From the NCBI GenBank assembly GCA_951406725.2, contig OX597829.1:41912001-41976000 (forward strand): a stretch of DNA of 64,000 nt, written 5' to 3'. The notes beneath the pieces were generated by a model. That model did not search any database and was not told where the DNA came from. It saw only the letters and a program-made list of their open reading frames with translations. Below are positions 27,711 through 40,782 of the stretch, piece by piece. Position 1 is the first letter of the stretch, and each line of letters starts with the position of its first letter. This stretch comes from Octopus vulgaris. Lineage: Eukaryota. Made by a program: the position numbers and the translations under genes.

Positions 27711-28346
27711 AGACAAAAAACCAAGTAGATTCCCAACGTAGATTATGCAAATCAAAAGCGGAAAGCGTTGCTCATTCAGTAAGTGAATGTTGCATGCTAG
27801 CACAGAAAGAATACAAGAAAAGACATGACAATCAAAGGAGAGTAATCTACTTGGAGCTTTGTAGAAAGCTAGAATTTGAATATACTGGTAAATGATACGA
27901 ACATGAATCTAGTAAAGTACTAGAATGTAAGGAATATAAGATGTGGGACTTTAACATTCAGACTGGCAGAGTGATAGAAGCTGGAAAGCCTAATCTAGTA
28001 GTAATAGACAAAGAGAATAGAAAGTGCCAAATGATTGACTTAACAGTCCTAATGAGTAAAAAATGGATATAAGTATAGAAAAATAGCAAAGTACCAGAGC
28101 TAGCTATTGGATTACAGAGATTATGGAAAGTGCGGGTAAAATGTATTCCAGTAGTTATAGGTGCGTTGAGAACTATCCCTAAAGATCTGAACAGATGGAT
28201 ATAGGAAATATAGAACCCAGTTTAGTACAGCTCCAAAAAAAAAAACAGTGTTATTAGGGACAGCTAGGATACTTAAGAGGGTTTTTTGGCATCTAAGGTT
28301 ATTTGCTGTAACCCGATAGGAGGGTTCTTAGCATGGAGTGTATATG
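27711..28346 (+). mobile_element. Degenerate R4/Dong-like 3' fragment
   Basis: Frameshifted RHD, WDFNIQT..VIEA.KPNLVVID, IPVVIGAL, TVLLGTARIL motifs. Confidence 0.8.
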
Positions 28347-28389
28347 AATAATGATAATAATGATAATAATAATGATAATAATAATAATG

Positions 28390-28465
<76 letters not shown>

Positions 28466-28494
28466 TGATAATGATGATGATGATGATGATGATG

Positions 28495-28558
<64 letters not shown>

Positions 28559-28561
28559 TGA

Positions 28562-29460
28562 TGTTGACCTGAAGCAAACCCATCAGTGGCTACAGAGCTC
28601 AGGGCTAAAAGCAGAGAGCGAAGGTTCCATCCTGGCTGCTCAAGATCAAAGCCTATTAACCCGGAACTACCAGGCCAATGTGATGAAAAATGGAGCAGAC
28701 CCAAAATGCCGATTCTGCAACGACATGATTGAAACAGTGGACCACCTAATCTCTGGATGTAAAGTCTTAGCACCAGTGGAGTATAAATTAAAACATGACA
28801 GAGTTGGCCAATATCTACACTGGCTAATAAGTCGGCATTACAATATCAAAACTGCCGACAAGGGGTATAATCACCACCCTGAAGATGTAACTGAAGGAGA
28901 AAATGTAACGATTCTGTGGGACTTTCCAGTACATACAGACCGAACCATCAAAGCCAATAAACCGGATATCGTTGTGAAAGACCAAAACAATAAAGTTTGT
29001 TTATTGATCGACATGAGCATCCCCTGTGATCATAATATCTCGGCGAAAGAGTTTGACAAGCTCAGAAAATATAAAGACCTGCTCATTGAAATTGAGAAAA
29101 TGTGGCATCACAAGGCGGTTACAATACCAGTGATCGTAGGAGCACTAAGAATGATCAAGAAGGGAACCGAAAATTATATGAGAATGATCCCTGGCTTACC
29201 ATCCCTGCAAAAAGTGCAAAAGATTGTCTTAACCGGTACATCACACGTATTGATAAGAGCATTGTCGATGTGAGAACTATTTCTACCCATGTATTTTAAT
29301 TTAACTTTATTTCTATAAAAAGAAACAAAAAAAAAAACGAACTAGAGAGTTTAGTTTAATGGCCTACCAATGTATACTATGAGTTTCTTTGCCCTAGGAG
29401 TCGGGAAGACACTCGGCAAGAAATGGAAGCAAATTTGAAAGAAGAAGAAAAAAAAAAAAT
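28562..29460 (+). mobile_element. R4/Dong-like 3' fragment with open RT-thumb, zinc knuckle and RLE
   Basis: ORF to 29273: AAQDQSLLTRNY, CRFC..ETVDHLISGC, KHD, ILWDF, KPDIV, K..KY, QKIVLTGT. Confidence 0.95.
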
Positions 29461-31028
29461 AATAATGATGATGATGATGATGATGATAATTAATACACCT
29501 TTCTTTTATTAGTCACAAGACTGTTGCTTCGAAAGTAAATCTAATAATGCTCCCTTTATTAGAATTTGTTCCGGTATAACGAGATTCAATCTTCGACCTA
29601 TCGCAGTTACCAAATTTTTTTTACTGTAATACTTGTTACTTTCTATAATCAATATTTCCACGTATCCTCGCTGCGGTGGAAAAACGCTCACCTTCTGCAC
29701 GACCATAAACCGTTATTGCTTTGAATACAGATGGAGTGACCACCGCCTATGGTAGACATTGCAAAGATGGCAACGTCTTTTCTTCGTTGTGCCAGAGCAG
29801 CATTTTGTTAGTTCTGAGGCGGTAGCGGCAACTACGTTATTTCTGCCTTTTCTCTCAGCTTTTGAAGCGATGTTGATGGTGGTGGTGGTTTTTCTTTATT
29901 CTGCTTGCAATAGAGATGGCAGTTGCTTGATATTTGCTTTTATTTTTGTTGTTGTTCTTCACGGTAGTTCTCTTTTGCTTGTCACGTTATTCTTGATCTT
30001 GTCGACGAGGCGATGTGGTTTATATAGAGAGGTGGAAGCGCTACTGGTGGTGTCACCGTCACCGTCCATTCTTCTGCTTTTACGACATTGCTGTTATTTC
30101 TTTTATTACAATTGCCTGTTGCGTTGGCACTGACATTGGCGGTGGTAGTGGCAGTGGTAGAGCTTGGTGTCAAGACTTGCTGTTCCAAATATCATTTACA
30201 TCCATCAGGTCCGGCCAAACTTTCGAGTTGTTTTTCAGGGAGGGAAAAAAATATCAAATTTGGGCTCAGCTGCTTAAAAACACAAACAAACAAAAAAATT
30301 AGCAAATTTGGGCTCAGATGCAAAAAAAAAAAAAAAGAAAGGAAAAAGAAAATGAAACAAGTCGAAACTCGACCCTTTTCCTCGGATCCTGGTCAGTTTA
30401 ACAAGAAAGTAGAGCAAATCATCTTAAAAGTAGACTTTTAAAAAAAAACGCATTTAAAACAAAGCTTACGAGCGATTTCAAGGGGTAGCTTGCCGACACA
30501 AAACATTGTCGTCGTCGTCGTCGTCGTCATCATCATCATTATCATCATCAACGACAACAACAACAACAATGATACTAATGAAAATGGTTCATATATATAT
30601 ATATATATAACAGCAAACAAAAGCTGGAAGATGACAGGAAAGAAGAAGAAGCAGAAGAAGAAGAAGAACAACAACAACAACGACAACAACAAATAAATTA
30701 ATGGATAGTTTAAAAGACAATAGAAATTCAGAAAGAAAAGAACTTGAAATGAAATTCCCTTCTGCCCAGCTGTGATCGCATGTTAACTTCCGTGCGTGCT
30801 TCTAACCTTTTGTGTAAAACCTCATACACCTGCTGATGGCAAAAGTTTAACAATGTGTTCTTTGGTTTTATGAAAGCGATACTAATTGGAATACCAGGTG
30901 GTGGCTGTAGAGAATCGACAAGAGCTGCTTTCTCTCTTCTGTCATCAACAAGTGTGTGTGTGTGTGCGTGTATGCATGTGTGTATGTGTGTGTGTGTGTG
31001 CGTGTGTGTGTGTGTATGTGTGTGTGTG

Positions 31029-31062
<34 letters not shown>

Positions 31063-31139
31063 GTTACTTTCTTTTTATCATCATTAAGTGACTTCCATTT
31101 ATTTTTCCCCTGTTGATGGTTTTCCATAGAACAACAGAC

Positions 31140-31258
31140 TTCTGCTACTGTCATTGCTGCTGCTGTTGTTGTTGTTGTTGTTGTTGCTGCTGCTGCTGAG
31201 GCTGCTGCTGCTGCTGCTGTTGCTGTTGCTGTAGCTCCTGTCGTTGTTGTTGCTGCAG

Positions 31259-31340
<82 letters not shown>

Positions 31341-31430
31341 CAGCAGCACCACCACCACCACTACTACTGCTGCTGTTGAAAGTAGTGGTAATGGCCGTGC
31401 TGTGGTCGATGTTGCTGCTGCTGTTGATGA
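31140..31430. repeat. (CTG)/(GTT)/(CTA)n compound microsatellite
   Basis: Directly visible. Confidence 0.9.
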
Positions 31431-31484
31431 AGATAATGCTATCAATTATTATGTATTTTGGTTCCCCCACAATTTGTGTGAGTG

Positions 31485-31523
<39 letters not shown>

Positions 31524-31591
31524 TCTTTTACTCTTTTATTTGTTTCAGTCATTTTGACTGCGGCCATGCTAGAGCACCGCCTTTAATCGAG

Positions 31592-31634
<43 letters not shown>

Positions 31635-32361
31635 CACGTATACATATACACATACATATATATATTCACACACACATATATATATATCCATCCACCCACA
31701 CACACACATACACATACACACACACTCACACATACACACTCACACATACACACTCACACTCAGATATATATAGGTATATATATATGTATGAATATATATG
31801 TACATATACATATATATTCATACATATATATATATATACCTATATATATATCTGAGTGTGTATGTGTGAGTGTGTGTCTATGTGTGTGGGTGTGTGGGTG
31901 GATGGGTGGGTGTGCGTGTATGTGTATCTATGGACGCATGATGAAATGAGATTATGAGAGAAGCGGGAGCGAAAGCAGGAGCGAAAGCAGGAGGCTAAAG
32001 TCGGGAGAGTTGAAGGAAAATAAAAGCTTCAGGTAGAAATGATGGATATTCCGCTTCAAACCGTTATTGTCCGCTAGAACAATAGCATCATATACATATA
32101 TACGTACATAGATACACACAAAGACACACACACACACACACACATACACACATACTCAGAGTAACAGATTTTGTTGAATTTTCTGCTGCTTAAAATAAAG
32201 TATATATATATATATACATATATACATATATACATACATAAACATATATACATATACCTATATATATTCACATATAAACATATATATAGGTGTATATATA
32301 TATGTGTGTGTGTGTACATATATATACATATATATACGTATATATGTATATACATATATAT

Positions 32362-32404
<43 letters not shown>

Positions 32405-32644
32405 GTATATATACGTTTATATATGCATATATATATATATGCATATATATGTGTATATTTATATATATATATATATATACACATACACATATATATGTTA
32501 TTTGTAAACAAATCAGAAAGTTCGGGGAGAAAGCTGTTATGGATGCTAGAAATAAGAGTCAAAGACCCTTATAACCACAAGAAGTATATTTTCTAAGTAC
32601 TGACAGGGGAGATAACCACCCCGCAGCGAGCGAGGTCACAATAT

Positions 32645-32686
32645 TGGCAAGTTAGTTTCGCTTGGAATTAAAACGCATCAGTAGTG
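32645..32686 (-). ncRNA. Degenerate hammerhead motif (inverted unit)
   Basis: cacta CTGATGC gttt..aagc GAAA ctaac. Confidence 0.45.
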
Positions 32687-32803
32687 ATGCTCCATTGCTG
32701 ATGGTTAAGCTAAATCCTACCTGACAGTTTATAAGTATTTACCATATGAATCAATGGATGATTCTGCAAATTGGTAATGTCAAAATTATAGAGAATGTAT
32801 AGA

Positions 32804-32971
32804 CAGGCGCAGGAGTGGCTGTGTGGTAAGTAGCTTGTTTACCAACCACATGGTTCCGGGTTCAGTCCCACTGCGTGGCACCTTGGGCAAGTGTCTTCTA
32901 CTATAGCCTCGGGCCCACCAAAGCCCTGTGAGTGGATTTGGAAGAACGGAAACTGAAAGAAGCCCGTCGTA

Positions 32972-33029
<58 letters not shown>

Positions 33030-33251
33030 CGTGTGTGTGTTTGTGTGTCTGTATTTGTCCCCCTAGCATTGCTTGACAACCGATGCTGGTGTGTTTACGT
33101 TCCCGTTACTTAGCGGTTCGGTAAAAGAGACCGATAGAATAAGTACTGGGCTTACAAAAGAATAAGTCCCGGGGTCGAGTTGCTCGACTAAAGGCGGTGC
33201 TCCAGCATGGCCGCAGTCAAATGACTGAAACAAGTAAAAGAGTAAAAGAGT
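32804..33251 (+). mobile_element. Family A SINE
   Basis: Full-length match. Confidence 0.9.
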
Positions 33252-33472
33252 AATGTGTTATTTGCAATACAGGTGTTGCCCTGCATCCTAAGTCACAATT
33301 AGTAACAATTTGAATTTTTCTTTTTTTTTTTGTTTTTTTTTTATTGCATATAGCTGCCGTCATTATTTTATAATTTACACATTACCATTTCACTGAATGA
33401 GCCACAGATCCATATGGTAAATATATATATACTGATAGTCAGGATTCAACCAAACCATCCAGCGATGGAGTG

Positions 33473-33517
33473 GTCACTACTGATGAGTTTGTAATTTCAA
33501 GTGAAACTAGTCTTGTA
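33473..33517 (+). ncRNA. Type I hammerhead motif (tandem unit 1)
   Basis: cacta CTGATGA gtttg taattt caagt GAAA ctag TC ttgta; core intact, stem I decayed. Confidence 0.65.
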
Positions 33518-33762
33518 TGGTCATATACAGGCTTCGTTGTGGGACAGTTATCTCCCCTGTTAGCATATGAAAATGTGCTTTATTGCGGCTCTAAAGGGTT
33601 TTTTAACTCTTATTTCTATCAACATAGGTGCTACCCTGCACCCTCAGTTACAATTAATGACAATTTGAATTTTTTCTTTTTGATTTTTTTATTGCATATG
33701 GCTGCCTTCGTTATTTTATAATTTACATATTACCATTTCGATGAATCATCCATTGATTCATA

Positions 33763-33981
33763 TACTCTTTTATTCTTTTTGACTTATTTCAGTCAGTTGA
33801 TTGCAGCCATGCTGGAGCACAGCCTTTAGTCGACCAAATCGACCCCAGGACTTATTCTTTGTAAGCCTAGTACTTATTCTATCGTTCTCTTTTGCCGAAC
33901 TTCTAAAATATTATAGGGACGTAAACACACCACCATCGGTTGTCAAGCGATGTTGGGGGGACAAACACAGACACACAAACA

Positions 33982-34045
<64 letters not shown>

Positions 34046-34217
34046 CATATATACGACGGGTTTCTTTCAATTTTCGTCTACCAAATTCACTCATAAGGAT
34101 TTGGTCGGCCCGAGGCTATAGTAGAAGACACTTGCCCAAGGTGTTACGCAGTGGGACTGAACCCGGAACCATATGGTTTGTAAGCAAGCTACTTACCACA
34201 CAGCCACTCCTGTGCCT
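33763..34217 (-). mobile_element. Family A SINE inserted into tandem unit 2
   Basis: Full-length; interrupts gattcatatggtaaat. Confidence 0.9.
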
Positions 34218-34280
34218 GCATATGGTAAATACTATATACTCTCAGGTAAGATTTAGTTTAATCATCAGCGATGGAACGAT

Positions 34281-34320
34281 CACTACTGATGCGCTTTAAT
34301 TCCAAGCAAAACTAGCTTGC
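34281..34320 (+). ncRNA. Degenerate hammerhead motif (tandem unit 2)
   Basis: cacta CTGATGC gctt..aagc AAAA ctag. Confidence 0.45.
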
Positions 34321-34678
34321 TAGAACAATGACCTCGCTTGCTTTTGTGTAATTACCTCTCCTGTCAGTACATAGACAATGTGCTTTTTGTGGTTATAAAG
34401 GCCTTTGACTCTTGTTTCTAGAAATGAAGGTGCTACTCTCAGGCTCAGTCACTGTTAGCGACAATTATTACGCAAACACACGCGCGCCTGCACATACGCA
34501 CATACACTGAAATTCACACACATATTTAATATTTCGCTTAGACATTGCCAGACTAAAAACCTGGTGTAGAACTCAATATACATTTGTTTTAGAAGAAAGC
34601 GTTAGCTGAGTATAGAGGGGTAATAAGAAAGAGAGATGACAAAGGAATGAATGATCATCTTATGAACTTCATTTCATT

Positions 34679-34760
34679 AGCTTAACAGCTGTTTCTGCTA
34701 TAAGATACAGTGGACTCATAGCTGAGTGCCTGAATAACACCTTAGAGCTTCATCTGAGCC
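34679..34760 (-). ncRNA. Degenerate hammerhead motif with long stem II
   Basis: ggct CAGATGA agct[~46 nt]agca GAAA cagctg TTA agct. Confidence 0.5.
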
Positions 34761-34911
34761 TCAAATATGAAGTGCAGTTTATTTGGGAAAATGATTACAT
34801 ACATACATAATGCATGCATACATACATACATACATACATACATACATACATACATACATACATACATACATACATACATGTATGTATATATATACACTTA
34901 TATATACATAT

Positions 34912-35380
34912 AAACAATAAGTCAAATAGAGAGATTCAATTGACAATCCAATAATTTATTTATATATTTTAATATAACATAATATATTATGAATATAATA
35001 TGATATAAGATAACATTAAAAAATCATTGAAAAACCAAAAGAGCCAACAATTTGTTTCGACATATATACATTATTTGATTCATAAACAATTCAATCCACT
35101 TATCTTGGCCTCATCAGAGCTTTGGTTTAAAGACAGACGAAATTCCATGCGAATGGACTGCTGGATTAGACTTATATAAGTGACGATACTTATATAAGTG
35201 GATTGAATGGTTTATAAATCAAATAATATATATAAGTCGAAACAAATTGTTGGCTCTTTTGGTTTTTCAATGATTTTTTAAAATGTTATCTTGTATTATA
35301 TTATATTCATAACATTTTATGCTATATTATAATATAAATAAATCATTGGATTGTCAATTGAATCTATTTAATTTATTGTT
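34912..35380. mobile_element. Penelope-like head-to-head inverted repeat (~190-bp arms)
   Basis: Arms 34912-35103 / 35193-35380; contains a hammerhead motif. Confidence 0.75.
35042..35121 (-). ncRNA. Type I hammerhead motif with long stem II
   Basis: agct CTGATGA ggc[~46 nt]gtc GAAA caaattg TT ggct. Confidence 0.7.
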
Positions 35381-35726
35381 TGCAATTTGTATTATACCTA
35401 TATTTATGTGGTATTCAACTGATATACCAGTGAAGTGAATGTTTTACACACTCCTTTGAGGGAATTCCTTTTGTTAGTTATATATAAAATCTTTTTCTTT
35501 TTTTACTTGTTTCACTCATTTGTTTGCGGCCATGCCTGGGCGCCGCCTTAAAGGGTCTTAGTCGAAAAAATCGAATACTGGACTGATTCTTTTTCAGCTT
35601 GGTAGTTATTCTGTCGGTCTCTTTTCCAAACCGCTAAGTTACGGGGACGGAAAGACACCAACAAGGGTAGAAAATACAGTGACAAAAATAAAAAAAAAGA
35701 CACATAGATATAAACACACACACACA

Positions 35727-35793
<67 letters not shown>

Positions 35794-35799
<6 letters not shown>

Positions 35800-36315
35800 A
35801 TTCTCTAAATGAGATATAGACAGTGACTGCTCCGTAATATAAGGGATATTAGCCAACCGAATATGGCTAGGGACAGGGCAGGGTGGTGGGGGTGTCACTG
35901 TTGCATTTAGCCCCAGGCGAACATCAACGTCACCAGATAGGCCTGACGCCATCACGGCGTCCTTTATCTTGCAAAAGGGACTGTCTATATCTCATTTAGA
36001 GAATTATTATTGCTGTCGAACGGATTTTCGAAATCAGTAAATGTATTTACTTGAAAATCCTTATATGTATCTTGCAAAGTTGGTCGTTCATCGAGAAGCG
36101 ATGCCTACCACACATTGATAATAGGCAATACACCTTGAAACCTAGGTCCATGTGTGGTATCGGCTTCTTGGTGAGTGATCTCCCTTTGCAAGATAAAGGA
36201 CGCCGTGATGGCGTCAGGCCTATCTGGTGACGTTGATGTTCGCCTGGGGCTAAATGCAACAGTGACACCCCCACCACCCTGCCCTGTCCCTAGCCATATT
36301 CGGTTGGCTAATATC

Positions 36316-36323
<8 letters not shown>
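35794..36323. mobile_element. Young inverted and circularly permuted ~356-bp element in (TA)n
   Basis: Near-perfect IR 35837-35980 / 36181-36323; perfect IR 35794-35824 / 35980-36010. Confidence 0.8.
36106..36159 (+). ncRNA. Variant or degenerate hammerhead motif
   Basis: taccacacat TGATAA tagg..cctt GAAA cctagg TC c atgtgtggta; 10-bp stem I, palindromic stem III, non-canonical core. Confidence 0.5.
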
Positions 36324-36352
<29 letters not shown>

Positions 36353-37984
36353 GTTAGACATGGCCTGGACCAATCATTGGTCGAAACATATCTAAGTTTA
36401 TATATATATATATACACTCTCACTTGTACACACATCTATCTACATTGTATATACGTACATATAAATTCCTAAGTGAAAGAGAAAAGGAAGGGGAAAAGGA
36501 GAAATGATGATAGCGATATTTGAGAGTGAGGGTAGGGGGAAGGAGAAAATGAAGGGAGAGGAAAGAAAGAATTGAGAGAGAGAGAGAGAGAGGTAATAGA
36601 GAGGAAGAGAGGAAGAAAGCAACTGATGTGAGTTATAAGAGGGGATGGGGAAGTAAGCTGGGATCTAGTCTTTCTCATTCGCAAAATGAGCCCCCCTCAC
36701 CTTAATTTTGCTAAGATTGCTTTCAATTTTGGTGTATCGATGCAACTCTGAAGTTTGATTACGATCAACCAATTACTTTATTTCCGTAAGTTAAAGAATC
36801 TGGTGTTATTTGGAATTAAAATTGGAAAATTTGGGTAATTTTAGCCAATCAACAGACAGCGTGGCATTAGCACCTTGTTACCATGACAACGGTACACTGT
36901 GTTGTGGTTTACTGTTGTGTGTGCCACTGTTGTCTATGTTGATTTTTCACACTTGATTCTTCACACCACGAGATTCTTTTCAGCCGCGTATTTTTGTTTT
37001 AATTTTTCTGTGTGTTCGTATATTACATATTTTTCTGTACTTCTGTGTGTTAGTATTTTTCTGTGATTTTTTCTGTGTGTTAGTATTTTTACATATGTTT
37101 CATTTCATATATTTTCGGAACTCATTGACTCATATAGCTGGATTTATTATTTCACTAGGTTAATTCTGTTCATAAAATTTTTAATTAGGAGTATTTCTTA
37201 AACCGTTAGCTTCACGTTTCAATAGCTTAACTGAAATTTAGCCCACGTAATAGTAACTGTATTATGGGTGATACAGATAATTTGACATTATGTTTGAATT
37301 TTGCATGCAAAAACGTATAAGACACAGGTATTCTTTTCCTTGGGACAAATTCTTTGTTAACTAATGTTACTCTTATCTTGGTTTACAAATCCAAGCATGA
37401 AAACGTTACTCAACTTTGGAGTTTTAGAGACAGACACACATACACATGAATGCATAAATGTACATATAAACTTATATATAAATACATACCTCTACATGCA
37501 CTTATTAATGATGTACACAAATACATGACAGGTAAACATAATACTGAAATACGCCTAAAGTAAACACATCCAGACAAATATACAAATTTAAAAAAAATAA
37601 TAAAACCCTACAATGACTGAAGAGACAAAAGTAACAGTAAGATGATACATGTCTATTTTATTAGGAATTTCTGTTTATTTAGAAACCTACAATGAACAGG
37701 TCAGACGCTAAACTCTAAATTTCACAGTGTACAACCTTAAAGTTGACACTGCTCCGCTAAACGCAGAAAATTTCTGTCTCGCTATTGCCTAAAAATATAC
37801 TGTAACTTTTTTCTCGTTTTTCTTTTTTCTCCGCAACATCATAACTTCAAAGCAATGAGACTGGAAGGGTACATTATTATCGCCGATTTTCAGATTGTTT
37901 ACTGTCTTTTAAAAAATGCATATTTTGCGAATGAAAAGAAAAAAAAAACAAGACTCGTAAGCTGGTAAGCTTACGAACGCTATT

Positions 37985-38075
<91 letters not shown>

Positions 38076-38109
38076 TATATATATATCGAAAGGATATATA
38101 ATATATATC

Positions 38110-39500
38110 CAATGTTCACTGTTGATTTCGGTTCCAATATGTTCCTTTTTGACTGGCCCTTTTATGCTCAGAGTGCAGAATCTTTTCTTCCCAGGTTTTG
38201 AAACCAGTCCCAACAGCACCTCTCCACTTGATCTGGTCTAGAACATCAATTTCCTAATCACTTTTGTTCATGTCTAGTTTCTTCAGGTTTCCCTTCACAC
38301 AATCTTTTTTATATTTTTTCCTCGGCTTACGTTGTGGTCGCTTACCAGAATTGAGCTCACCATAATAAAATACGCTTTGACAATTGCTCACCTTTCATTC
38401 TAATAACATGCCCAGCCCATCTCATTTGCGCCAAGATAACATATTGTTCAATTGATCTACAACGTGCCATGAGCAAAACTTTTGTATCTGGTATGAAACA
38501 TTCCCACTTGACTCCCAATATACGACTGAGGCACTTTTGATGAAATCTCTCCAGCATTTTCATATGACCCATGTAAGTGGTCCACGTCTTACTCGAATAA
38601 AGATGTACAGTCAATATACACATTTTATAGACACTGATTTTTGTTTGCAGGGAAATGCCTTCACCTGCCCATACACGCTTTTCGAGTTTTTCAAATGCAA
38701 CACTTGCCTTCCTTATTCGATAGCATGTCTCTGCATTCAAACTACCATCTCTTGACCGTGTGCTTTCAAGCTAAAAAAAAAGTGTCAATGACTTCTAATT
38801 TTGTTCCATTCACAAAAATGTTTGGTTCAGAATACTGTTGCTCTGGCGTGGGAGTAAACATTACTTTGGTTTTCCCAAGATTAATTGTGAACCCGATGTA
38901 CACATGCAGTGGAAAATCTGTCCATTAAATGTTGCATATTATCCTCTGAGTGTGTCAACAAATCAGCATCATCAGCATAAAGTAATTCTCTAACAAGTGT
39001 TTCGAAAGTCTTTACTTTGCAGTTAAACCGGGTCAAATGACCAGATGTCTAGAATCTGATTCCGATTCCCCTGTAGCAATCCTTGAAAGCATAATAAAGT
39101 AATGCTGCAAAATAAATAGAGAAAAGTGTAGGGGCAGAAATATTTCCCTGTTTGACACTGTTGTCCGCTGAAAAATTCGTGAGACAGCTCACCATTAAAA
39201 ATTACCTGAGCTTTCATGTTTATGTGTAGTTCCTTAAATATGCTCACAAAATGTGTTGCGCAACATGGTTTACACAAAACAATCCACAGCGTCTTCTTGT
39301 GTACCGTTCCTCTAAGCATTTCTCTGAACTTGCTTCGCAGAGAATATCATGTCCATAGTTCTTCGTTCATGTCTGAAACCGCACTGTTCCACAGGAGTAT
39401 TTTAAACGAGACAATCTAACAAGATCCTAGAAAGTATTTTCTCAGTATGTGCCAGGAGAATTATCCCTCTAGAATTATCACACACTACTTTTGGGTCCTT
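38110..39500 (-). mobile_element. RTE-clade LINE reverse transcriptase relic
   Basis: DNSRGIILL..KILSRILL, LLYADD and RIRKASVAF...TKISVY...LERFHQKCLSRILG...MRWAGHVIRM; frameshifted. Confidence 0.9.
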
Positions 39501-39704
39501 ACCCTTGTATATAGATATACATACATACATACATACATACATACATACATACATACATACAAAAATACCCTGTCGTTGATGTTGAAATTCGTATGAAGGG
39601 ACCTTGGATCTAGGTTAGAAACCGGTTCTTTCTGTATTGGCGAGAAATCTTGAAATAAACTGAATAATGACATACATAAATAAATACATACATATATACT
39701 TTAA

Positions 39705-39751
<47 letters not shown>

Positions 39752-40287
39752 ATATATATATATATATGTATATGTGTGTATATTGTTTATATCATAAGAA
39801 TTTAGAAACTCTGGAAGAACGTGAAATAATCCGACTTGCGCGGGAAGATTATTCCTTAGATTTGTGTAGACAAACACTTTCACACAGTCACACATATGCA
39901 CGTTTGCTTAACAGGCACAACTTAAGAGTCTCTTTCAGTCGTGCGCCCAACATGAAGAAAGTATTAGTGAGCAGTCCTAAACTGCGAGCAGAGGCAGGAT
40001 GCTCATGTAAGGTGTACAGTAACTGACCAGTGGAGGGGAAGGGTTCAATGCAAGACTGAAGGGGTCGTCCGTGAGCAGCATCATGGGCAACAACAGCTCC
40101 AACGACACATCCGCCGCCGACAACAACAGCAACGGCAGCGGAAGCAGCGCGTCAAGCTGCAGGGACAACAACACCAGCAGCTGTGGCGACAAGAACAACA
40201 GCAATGCAGCCACCAATGGCAGCTACGCCAGCGGCAGCGGAATCACCAGAATCACGTCAGGGAATAGTAGCAATGGTAGCTATTCCC

Positions 40288-40380
40288 GGACGTGATTATT
40301 CCCTGTTAAGGACGTGATTGTTTCCTGTTAAGGACGTGATTATTCCCTGTTAAGGACGTGTTTATTCCCTGTTAAGGACG
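40288..40380. repeat. 22-bp tandem repeat, about 4 copies (ggacgtgattattccctgttaa)
   Basis: Directly visible at the break point of a LINE endonuclease. Confidence 0.9.
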
Positions 40381-40712
40381 GTACATAAACTGTTATCAGT
40401 CGAAGAGCACACCCATTGCTACCATTGACATCCAAGACGATCAGCCTACCCTCCGGGTCTAGGAATATTGCTCTTACTTTGAGGTCCAGACTCTTCCGAA
40501 GAAGCACCGCAGTACAACCCATTCTCGGTAGACACGGAGAAAAATAAATGTCGAAATGTCCGCCGAATATGTGCTGGAGGGCCCGCGGGTTGTGGAGCCT
40601 GGTCTCACTTGATGTCATTTAACATGTAGCCTTGTACATTTATACAGCCTATTCTGAGTATGTTCCCATCGAAAGTTGTTGTTTTACTCACAAAAGGAAG
40701 ACGAAAGAGAAT

Positions 40713-40782
<70 letters not shown>

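Larger units (their letters stand above)
32530..34470. mobile_element. Hammerhead-bearing ~355-bp tandem repeat (retrozyme / Penelope-like) with an inverted upstream copy
   Basis: aggtg anchor at 33271, 33626 and 34428 (the last offset by a SINE insertion); inverted copy 32530-32800. Confidence 0.7.

Noticed and set aside
29982-30188. 68-aa minus-strand ORF MEQQVLTP…
   Set aside because: Short, partly low-complexity, starts at a non-ATG codon, and has no recognised homology
36688-37300. Possible DNA transposon end (gagcccccc…) with an RFX-like gttaccatgacaac
   Set aside because: No matching opposite terminus found, and a single motif is not evidence of regulation
39580-39635. Hammerhead-like relic (…atgaagggacc…ggttaGAAAccggTT)
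   Set aside because: Core too degenerate to call, though its position between TACA tracts fits a PLE remnant
40288-40380. CRISPR-like appearance of 22-bp repeats
   Set aside because: Repeats are contiguous with no spacers, there are no cas genes, and the context is eukaryotic
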